In this document: piece by piece, positions 51,226 to 64,000 of the stretch
Layout: every line of letters starts with the position of its first letter
Numbering within the stretch: position 1 is the stretch's first letter
Assembly: GCA_964016885.1 (NCBI GenBank)
Contig: CAXHJY010000573.1
Location: 10,837 to 74,836, forward strand
DNA length: 64,000 bases
Origin: Eledone cirrhosa
Taxonomy: Eukaryota
Direction of reading: 5' to 3'
Made by a program: the position numbers and the translations under genes
Notes under the pieces: model-generated
Seen by the model: the letters and a program-made list of their open reading frames with translations, nothing else
What the model was told of the DNA's origin: nothing
The model's database searches: none

Positions 51226-51400
51226 TTGGCAGTATCGCTAGAGGGTTGGACGCCATGCTTTCCAGCATAGTTACATCCCTTTACGGTATGAGTTCAAATA
51301 CCGTCGAGGTTGACTTTGCCTTTCATCCTTACGGGGTCGATAAAATAAAGTACCAGTAATGTACTGGGTTATTGCTGGCCTAATGCCTAAAGTAAAAACA
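51226..51400 (+). mobile_element. tRNA-derived SINE
   Basis: Family match; CTAAGACGT on both sides. Confidence 0.92.
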
Positions 51401-51534
51401 ATTACTTCTAAGACGTATTTATATGCAGAAGAAACCTTATTTCACTCTGTTATATATACCTAACTGTGATTTCTTGCCAATATAATTAGTAAATATTTAT
51501 AAACATTAGGATAATAAATCAGATATAAATAATT

Positions 51535-51754
51535 GTTTCTACTTTAGGCACAAGGCCAGCAATTACCCAGTACATTACTGGTACTTTATTTTATCGACCC
51601 CGTAAGGATGAAAGACAAAGTTAACCTCGGCGGGATTTGAACTCAGACTGTAAAGGGACCTAACTATGCTAGAAAGCATGGCGTCCAACCATCTACCGAT
51701 ACTGCCAATTGCCCGCCCTATAGAAAGCATGGCGTCCAACCCTCTACCAATACT
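51535..51754 (-). mobile_element. tRNA-derived SINE with a partial 5' duplication
   Basis: Reverse-complement family match at 51535-51718; an extra head fragment at 51721-51754. Confidence 0.92.
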
Positions 51755-53530
51755 AAAATTGATTTCCGACATTATAAATCAGATATAAGTAATGTCTGAA
51801 ATCAATTTTAGTTTCTAGAAATTCATTATTTATTTCCAGGAAAATATAGTCCTCCAGGAAATAAAAAAGAGCGGCACAATATGATACCGCTGAGGTACGT
51901 AATTCGAAATCTAGAATAGAGAGTGTTTGTTACTCTTATCAATAAATTACTAAATATTAATCAATGATATGGATTCAACTTTAATGAAACTGTTTTTAAA
52001 CCCGTTGTTATGAATATCAACATTGTATGAACAAGAATAGAACCTGGAATTTACAATAGATTATATTACAAAATTCTACGGGAATTGATATCGTTGCTTT
52101 TATCTATAACTTGAAACTTTTGAACAAAGCTGGTTGAAAGTAAACGGGCTTGTACTTGACTGTCAAACACAACGTTTGTGTATTAACCTCTATTAATTGC
52201 AACGTTGATGTAACGACATATATTTCAACCGAGTTTCACTAGAAACAAAAAAATGTATATTATAAAAAAAAATACGTTTAGCTTTTAAATAATTATAACA
52301 TTGTAAACAGGTAATTAGTAATATTTTCAAATTTGCATTTGGATTATATGTAATGCGATTTTGCATTGAATTAATTAGCTAAAGAATATAAACTGCACGT
52401 GATCGCGTGTCTTCCAAGAAATTCCCTTCGAATACCAAACTAGTGACTAAAATAAATAAAGATCTCCCGCGATGATATAGATGATGTTACCAGGATGTAC
52501 CTGTTTAAGTGTATGTTAATGAGCGAAATATAACTTGCAGTGTATACGCCATTCAAAACATGTAATTGAAAACTAATACTTTTTCATAGGTAGCAATTTA
52601 AAGAGAAAACAGAATCACCAGCACCATTATTCTACTAATTTACATCATGTCCATCTTTGTAACTTGTATGTCTGTTTGTCTCATTATCATTGTGTTCCTC
52701 ATCATCACCGCTGTCATAAAATCATAATAACTATCATAATTATCAATATCGTAGTCAACGTTTCAAAAAATAGACGTAATTTACAAATGTTGCGAATATT
52801 TGACGACGAAGTATTTTATGGTACACGTGTGAAAACATACATAAGTTTGCGTGCGCAGCACATAACAACACACACATACATACACGCGTATAAAAATCCT
52901 GGGTTGTGTATGAGTACATTTTGTGTGTTCGCACGTATATTATTTGTATGTATATATACATACATTCATAGTTTTGAGAGTGAATGTAAAGTAATGTGTG
53001 TACAACACCATATATATATATATATGAATACACCTTTCTGTATGGCTCTAAGTGAATTATATCAGAAATCTTATAATTGAATTCACTAAGTTTGCTTCAT
53101 ATCGAACACTACGATAATGGTTTATATTCTATGGAGTCCATTGTCAGGAATTTGAATGTAAGTAAATCATAACACTTTCAACATAACTTTGAACATTCAA
53201 ATAATACACACGGACACATTAGTTTTATGTTCTTATTAATGTGGTAATGTGTCTTTTTATGTTGATATTAGTAATAATATGCAAGAATCCTGTCCCTATG
53301 AAAACCGTAATGTATATTATATCAACAGATATAACGTCGATAGCTTATTGCCAATCTTGGAAGAAAATCAACTTTTATTTCGCATCTGAGAGAAAATATA
53401 CAACATATATAAAGCCTATGTAGTTATACATATATAATTTACCTATATATATATAGGCTATACACATGCACGCACATACTTACATGCATCCATACACACA
53501 CACACTCACATCAACATACAAGCATCCCAC

Positions 53531-53562
<32 letters not shown>

Positions 53563-53636
53563 CATACAACAATCACGCAGACACATACATGCACACATAC
53601 ACACACATACACACTCACACATATATATCTGAATCT

Positions 53637-54245
<609 letters not shown>

Positions 54246-54344
54246 TATATGTATATATGTATATTACGAGCTGAGGATCCGCTAAGGTGAAACAATTGTT
54301 CTCGGTATAGTGAACTAACTGTTGTCTAACCACTTCTATATATA

Positions 54345-54363
54345 TATCAACAAGAAATTGATT

Positions 54364-54431
<68 letters not shown>

Positions 54432-54960
54432 TATATAAAATAAATATATGAAACAATCACAGGGAATAATTTGCATAAGTGTGTAAGCACACATAGCCAT
54501 GTAGGTAACTAATTAAAGTTTAACTAGAACTTTAAAAATAGATACCTTATGAATTGATTAATCTTCCTTGTATATATTTCATTAAAGAAATATATTTCAC
54601 CATTAATCGATCGGTAAACGACACTAGCCACATTGGGATTTTCAACAAGGAGAAGATCTAACTATCTGTGTTTACACAGCAAATTCAAATCTGCGAATGA
54701 CTAGCAGCACGTGTTGTATTTTTCAAACATACACACATTGTACCAGATTCATCCCAGTGGCGTGAATAGGGTTATCAACAACTAGAAATAGAAGCCGAGT
54801 CAACTGAGTTAGCTCTACAATTAGGGGCCGTGTATATATCCAAAATTAAATTAAGGGTGTCATGTCAGAGAGACATGCACCATATCCACTGTAGAATATG
54901 CTCCAACATTCCAATGAATAGATCCGAGCATTTTATATCAACTAGAAATTGATTGACATA

Positions 54961-55027
<67 letters not shown>

Positions 55028-55573
55028 AACATATGAAACAATCACAGGGAATAATTTGTAAAAGTGTGTAAGCACACAAATCTATGTAGGTAACTAATTA
55101 AAGTTTAACTAGAACTTTAAAAATAGATAACTTATGAATTGATTAATCTTCCTTGTATATATTTCATTAAAGAAATATATTTCACCAGTAATGGATCGGT
55201 AACCCACACTAGCCAAATCGCAGATTTTCAACAAGGTAGATTTGGTTACTGTGGTTTACCGATCGATTAATGGTGGAATATATTTCTTTAATGAAATATA
55301 TAAAAAGGAAGATTAACCAATTTATAAGGTATCTATTTTTAAAGTTCTAGTTAAACTTTAATTAGTTACCTACCTGGCAATGTGTGCCTACACACTTATG
55401 CAAATTATTCCCTGTGATTGTTTCATATGTTTATTTTAGATATATATATATATATGTCAATCAATTTGTAGTCGATATAAAATTCTCGGATCTATTCATT
55501 GGAATCATGGAGTATATTCTACAGTGGATATGGCGCATGTCTCTCCGACATGACACCATTTAATTTAATTTTG
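54345..55573. repeat. Tandem plus inverted repeat block
   Basis: 54345-54650 is repeated directly at 54935-55236; 54841-55203 is inverted at 55253-55573. Confidence 0.9.
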
Positions 55574-58424
55574 TATATATATATGAAGTCAGCATATAGA
55601 TTTCAATATTTGCCCTTAGTTGATCCTGTTCTCATATATTAGTGGCAGGTTCATGTCTTTTTGACTCTACAAAAAAAAACGATTCCTGTATATTCTGCCG
55701 CCATAAAGATAAAATTGATTTTCTTCATTTTGCGGCAGCCAATCATGCTGAATGAAGACAGTAGATTGATGGTGAAATCAAGTGATGCCAATACTTGAAG
55801 GTATATTTATGAAATTCCTGTCACATTGCATCAACACCACTTTAGTCCTATTAACCTGGTTTGTTATTCTGAGATAATTGTACTGCTCACTATTGGCGTT
55901 GTATCATACCAACATTCCTCTACACAGCCATACACACAAACGTTTGTGTTAATCCTAGCCCCTTTCGAATATACATATAAATGTCGGCCAATTGACTCGA
56001 CAATGACCCCTATGAGGCTGAAGTAATGTGCTAATTACATGCATCAGCGCTTGAAATATTCTGGTAGTGCTGTTCTAGCTATCGCTGAAAGTATATTGTA
56101 TGTTATCTTACGGATATTATGAGTTCCACTTCTATCATAACGTGATCCATAATACAACTCCAAGCTCTTCATACATATCTACTCAGCCGTAGCTATGAAC
56201 ACTCCTTAACATTCTGTTTTTTCACAGTAGATGAGCCAAGTTAATCTCTAAGTTAGCACCTGACTAACCAATAACATTAATAACATATTCATCAACGCAG
56301 CCATATTCTTTAAAGATCCATTACTCCTGAGAATAATGACGCCTTTGTTAAAAGATTGGATAGTCATTTATAGAACGACTTAATACTTAGTCTAGGTAAT
56401 TCATAATTTCTCCATATGACAGACAACAAAACATTACTCATATGAATGGAAGATCTCACGTAATATCTTCATGAATTTCTCCGTTTCTCGAATACTGTAT
56501 TTTAAGAATTCTTGTTTTTGTTTGTATTTGTTTTCACCTAAGACCAAATATGATCTATGGATATTATCCAACAGTAAATTTGACTAAACTTATTTCTGTT
56601 ATTTCATATTGAAGTGACATGCCATGAACCAAAACATTTATCAATTACATACCCATCGGATATATTTTGAAATGTAAATTATACCTTGTATATTTCAGAG
56701 ATTCTTTTCAGTTAAGACATATACAAAATTAGCAAGAAAACTGTAATAACCTGCAATATATTCATTGTTCTGAGAATCACATATACTTCCATATTTGGAA
56801 TACACACGAGGCTTTAATAATGTTATATGTATTTACCAATATGTGTCAATGACGACAGTTAAAATAGCTTGCTTGGGGATATGTGTAATGGTTTCAGAAT
56901 GAAATAAATTTGAAGCGAATAGCTGTGATCTCAACGGCAGTTCCTGAAATCTTAAATACATCAGTATGATATTTTCATCAAAATGTGTAACGGTCCCAAA
57001 ATAATTCTAGAAGGAACATGAGGTCAGTAACATGTGATCAGCAACTATCTCCTAAACAGTAAGATCATATCGTGGGATTTTTAAGAGGTATATACTAGGA
57101 ATAATCCTATGAATATTTAACATTTATTAATCAATGAGTAACTGAAATTTCATTGCATCAAGAATTGAAAATACTTAAGATAAATAAATCCTCTATAAAT
57201 GTCCACATTTTTCCATACAACTTATCGAAGCTAATAATTGATATATAGTTTCGGCGTAGTAGGACTATCAGAGCATATATTCGAATATCATCTAGATTAA
57301 CGTTAACACACACCGTCTAGTGTCGTATGAGAAAATATAACATTCCGCCAGCCATCGTTAGCATTATATGAGCACGGTCATACCGTTCGAAATGGTGCAT
57401 GACATAAGATGCAATGATACTGTACATTATTTGCCATTGCATCAATTTACCAAACGAAATCTCATTTAGACAAGTCACCACATGTCTAGAGTCAATCTAT
57501 TCAAATGTAAAAATTCTTGCTTAATGAAAAAATTATATTCTTCGGAGAATAGCAATAAAATTATTAAACCATCCTCAAATATATTGATGTTCCACCTAAA
57601 CTAGTGTACCATCATTTAAAATATATAAATGAACGTAAGAAATTTAGATTTAGGGAATATAATCCGTGACACAATGCACGCGCATATATATGTGCCCACT
57701 CTGTACACCAACATATTCGTAGTCTTGTATGATTGTGTCTATCTAGGTGTGTGTAATCATGACAGAATCGCTGTATATGCCTGTGCACATGTCTTTGGGA
57801 GTTGTTGAACATTTAAATGACATTCTTATTCTCTAAAAAATATTTTATTCCATAATGCTTTATGTGGAATCAGCCAATTTTATTTTATGATTAAGCACGT
57901 AACACGGTTTTTCTTAAATCAATAAATTGATGTAAAATATATGAGTAAAAATGGGAGAACGGATGTATAAATGAATGATGGAAGCAAAACGTGCGAGGAA
58001 TATTTATCTTTATACCTACGTTAACACAATATATTACAAAAGACATCAAAAGAAATACATAGAAAACATAGAAAGGTAGACAGGAGTAAAATCTGATAGA
58101 GTTTGAAATGTATTAAAAATATCAAATGATATCATTGAAAATGTGTGAAAAATATATTTGTTTTCTAAGAAAATAAATTCTCATTATTGAAAAAAAAAAA
58201 TCTAATATGATTTACAATTCTGTTCACACATTTCGGTGAATGAAAACAAGTACAAACACATGAGCATGCAGAAACAGACATACACGGTCACAGAAAAACA
58301 CAAAAATGTACGTTTATATATATATGGTGTATGGGTTTGAGAGAGCGCGAGACACGCAGTTGTATATTTACATTCTTCTTTATATGTATGTATGAGTGAA
58401 CACCAACCACACACAATGATATAT

Positions 58425-59512
<1,088 letters not shown>

Positions 59513-59513
59513 T

Positions 59514-60407
59514 AAAAGACGTAAAATAAGAAAATTAAAAAAAAAAATTAAAATAAATTAACTTACTTAAATTTTCACTCCAACTAATTAGTTTCTGCAA
59601 TGGGATAAAGACAGTTATGTAATGAACAGTTGAGAATTTCATTGCGTCATCAGGGAGGTCATTCTCAGCCAAGTCTCCAGGCAATAATAATTCGGTAAAT
59701 GGAACAGCTATCGAGGACTGGATTCCATGTACTGAAAATTCTCACTGCCACTGGTCATATGGCCGATTCTAAAGAATCAATCACGTGACACAGAGGCTAG
59801 TCAGTAGAAATGGGATGGTAAGATGACAGACGCCTACTAACACCCCCAACAAATTTAGAAGTGGTTTTGGCAGGTTTGCTCGACAAATCAGTGATTTGGA
59901 GATAAATATAGATAATTTAATATATCTACTAACATAAGCGCACAGATGTACGCTAATGCCAGCAAATACACAGGTTATGTCATAGTAACTAGGTGGTTCA
60001 ATGCAGGAGGATGCAGAACAATAATATAAAAGACGTAAAATAAGAAAATTTAAAAAAAATTAAAAACAAAATTAACTTACTTAAATTATCACTCCAACTA
60101 ATTAGTTTCTGCAATGGGATAAAGACAGTTACGTAATGAACTGTTGAGAATTTCATTGCGTCATCAGGGAGGTCATTCTCAGCCAAGTCTCCAGGCAATG
60201 CGCGGACACTGGGGACTCATATAAAAATAATAATAATTCGGTAAATGGAACAGCTGTCGAGGACTGGATTCCAGGTACTGAAAATTCTCACTGCTACTGG
60301 TCATATGGCCGATTCTAAAGAATCAATCACGTGACACAGAAGCTAGTCAGTAGGAATGGGATGGTAAGATGACAGACGCCTACTAACACCCCCAAAAAAT
60401 TTAGAAA
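59514..60407. repeat. Partial tandem duplication (period ~515 bp) bounded by (TA)n fields
   Basis: 59514-59860 is repeated at 60028-60407; the second copy has an extra ~30-bp segment. Confidence 0.92.
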
Positions 60408-60473
60408 AATTATCTATACATATATATATATATGTTTATATATATATATATATATATATATGTTTATATATAT

Positions 60474-60516
<43 letters not shown>

Positions 60517-60544
60517 CATGTATATATATACATATATATATATC

Positions 60545-60577
<33 letters not shown>

Positions 60578-60582
60578 ACATA

Positions 60583-60624
<42 letters not shown>

Positions 60625-60721
60625 CATATATATATATAAAAACATATATATATATAAAAACATATATATATATATATATATAAACATATATATATATATA
60701 TAAAAACATTATATATATAAA

Positions 60722-60764
<43 letters not shown>

Positions 60765-60778
60765 ATATATATATATAT

Positions 60779-60850
<72 letters not shown>

Positions 60851-60870
60851 TTTATATATATATATGTTTT

Positions 60871-60917
<47 letters not shown>

Positions 60918-61177
60918 ACATATATATATATATATATAACATATATATATATATATATATATATATAACATATATATATATATATATATATAACATATAT
61001 ATATATATATAACATATATATATATATATATATATATATAAACATATATATATATATAAACATAAACATAAACTTATATATATATATATATATAAACATA
61101 TATATATATATATATATAAACATATATATATATATATATATAAACATATATATATATATATATGTTTATATATATAT

Positions 61178-61240
<63 letters not shown>

Positions 61241-61301
61241 AGTAAACATGTATACGTACATACATATATGTATACAGACGTACATTAGCATGCATATATA
61301 T

Positions 61302-61340
<39 letters not shown>

Positions 61341-61519
61341 TATACATATATATACATATATACATACAGGTACACATACATATATGCACGTATCAGTTTA
61401 GCGGACGTTTATTACAACGCCGCTTTGTTCGTTTGTTTGTCAACAAACCGAACAGACTGAATTTATGCTATACGGTGTTAAGGCAACCACGTCACCTTTT
61501 TGTTCAACACTGACACAGG

Positions 61520-61564
61520 AACGATGTACTAGTTTCAAGCTTGTTAGCTATCATCAGCACCGTT
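61520..61564 (-). ncRNA. Type I minimal hammerhead ribozyme
   Basis: AACGGTG-CTGATGA-T-AGCT-AACA-AGCT-T-GAAA-CTAG-TA-CATCGTT: 7-bp stem I, 4-bp stem II with a U-U at its base, palindromic stem III, GUA cleavage triplet. Confidence 0.8.
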
Positions 61565-61809
61565 TACCCATCTGCCAGATAGTTGAACGTTCGAAAGTAT
61601 ATACTTTCCTTATGAAAATTAATGGCTGAGCAGCCTAATTTGCATATTGAGTGAGTTAAATCGGTCAGGCATACCGAAAACGATAAGCTGAAAAAAATGA
61701 AAACGAAATTTCATTTCTCACTCTTAGAATGGCACTTACTTAAATGTAAGTATGTATGTATACGTACATACATATATGTATACAGACGTACAGTAGCATG
61801 CATATATAT

Positions 61810-61874
<65 letters not shown>

Positions 61875-62086
61875 TATACATATATACATACATGTACACA
61901 TACATATATGCACGCATCAGTTTAGCGGACGTTTATTACAACTCCGCTTTGTTCGTTTGCTTGTCAACAAACCGAACAGCCTGAATTTATGCCATACGGT
62001 GTTAAGGCAACCACGTCACCTTTTTGTTCAACACGCTAAACTGATGCGTGCATATATGTATGTGTACCTGTATGTATATATGTATA

Positions 62087-62123
<37 letters not shown>

Positions 62124-62368
62124 ATATATATGCATGCTATTGTACGTCTGTACACATATATGTATGTACGTATACATACATACTTACATTTAAGTAAGTG
62201 CCATAATAAGAGTGAGAAATGAAATTTCGTTTTCATTTTTTTCAACTTATCGTTTTCGGTATGCCTGACCGATTTAACTCACTCAATATGCAAATTAGGC
62301 TGCTCAGCCGTTAATTTTCATAAGGAAAGTATATACTTTCGAACGTTCAACTATCTGGCAGATGGGTA

Positions 62369-62413
62369 AACGGTGCTGATGATAGCTAACAATCTTGAAA
62401 CTAGTACATCGTT
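62369..62413 (+). ncRNA. Second copy of the minimal hammerhead
   Basis: CTGATGA at 62376-62382, GAAA at 62397-62400, CTAG-TA; one extra mismatch in stem II (AGCT/ATCT). Confidence 0.7.
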
Positions 62414-62582
62414 CCTGTGACAGTGTTGAACAAAAAGGTGACGTGGTTGCCTTAACACCGTATGGCATACATTCAGGCTGTTCGGTTTGTTGACAAACAA
62501 ACGAACAAAGCGGCGTTGTAATAAACATCCGCTAAACTGATGCGTGCATATATGTATGTGTACCTGTATGTATATATGTAAA

Positions 62583-62639
<57 letters not shown>

Positions 62640-62763
62640 ATATATATGCATGCTACTGTACGTCTGTATACATATATGTATGTACGTATACATACATACT
62701 TACATTTAAGTAAGTGCCATAATAAGAGTGAGAAATGAAATTTCGTTTTCATTTTTTTTTCAA

Positions 62764-62816
<53 letters not shown>

Positions 62817-63009
62817 ATATATATATATATATATATGTTTATATATATATATATATATATGTTTATATATATATATATATATATATAAACATTTCGTTTC
62901 TGAATTTGTTTAGCAAGATTCTTTATCTGAAATCGTGTGTAAAGTATAACAATATATATAAACATATATATATATATATATATATATATGTTTATATATA
63001 TATATATAT

Positions 63010-63075
<66 letters not shown>

Positions 63076-63110
63076 TATTTATATATATATATATATAAAC
63101 ATATATATAT

Positions 63111-63180
<70 letters not shown>

Positions 63181-63286
63181 ATATATATATATATATATAT
63201 ATATAAATATATTTATATATATCTATATATATAAACATATATATATATATATATATATATATAAACATATATATATATATATATAC

Positions 63287-63324
<38 letters not shown>

Positions 63325-63339
63325 TTATATATATATGTT

Positions 63340-63400
<61 letters not shown>

Positions 63401-63475
63401 GTTTATATATATATGTTTATATATATATATATATATATATAACATATATATATATATATATATATATAAACATAT

Positions 63476-63512
<37 letters not shown>

Positions 63513-63549
63513 AACATATATATATATATATATAAACATATATATATAT

Positions 63550-63646
<97 letters not shown>

Positions 63647-63719
63647 TATATATATATATATATATATATATATGTTATATATATATATATATATGTTATA
63701 TATATATATATATATATAT

Positions 63720-63750
<31 letters not shown>

Positions 63751-63877
63751 AGTTGAAAAAAAATGAAAACGAAATTTCATTTCTCACTCTTATTATGGCA
63801 CTTACTTAAATGTAAGTATGTATGTATACGTACATACATATATGTATACAGACGTACAGTAGCATGCATATATATAC

Positions 63878-63958
<81 letters not shown>

Positions 63959-64000
63959 TATACATATATACATACAGGTACACATACATATATGCACGCA

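Larger units (their letters stand above)
61238..64000. mobile_element. Tandem/inverted array of a ~500-bp pseudo-LTR-like unit containing a hammerhead
   Basis: Direct copies at 61238-61740 and 61745-62033, an inverted copy at 62034-62767, and a direct partial copy from 63749 to the window end. Confidence 0.85.

Noticed and set aside
59620-59670. CTGATGA-CGCAAT-GAAA on the minus strand (and in the duplicate at ~60140-60180)
   Set aside because: Stem II does not pair, no stem I forms, and the would-be cleavage triplet ends in G

Overview
This is repeat-dominated, AT-rich animal DNA. It is probably from an octopod cephalopod, inferred only from the abundant tRNA-derived SINE and the extreme (TA)n load. 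I could not support any host protein-coding exon, and most entries in the ORF track are translations of microsatellites. Main contents: (1) a full-length, apparently intact L1/Tx1-clade LINE (ORF1 plus ORF2) inside a (TATC)n tract, followed by a decayed relative; (2) a nest of R4/Dong-type restriction-like-endonuclease LINEs in (TAA)n tracts; (3) Penelope-like, RTE, CR1/Jockey-type and mariner remnants, two non-autonomous Helitrons and nine SINE copies. The most unusual signal is non-coding. Four head-to-tail units of 500-600 bp separated by TA-rich microsatellites (11854-16252) appear to carry a circularly permuted HDV-like ribozyme. Several palindromic or tandem-inverted elements in (TA)n carry complete or half minimal hammerhead ribozymes. 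All RNA folds were derived by eye and are untested.
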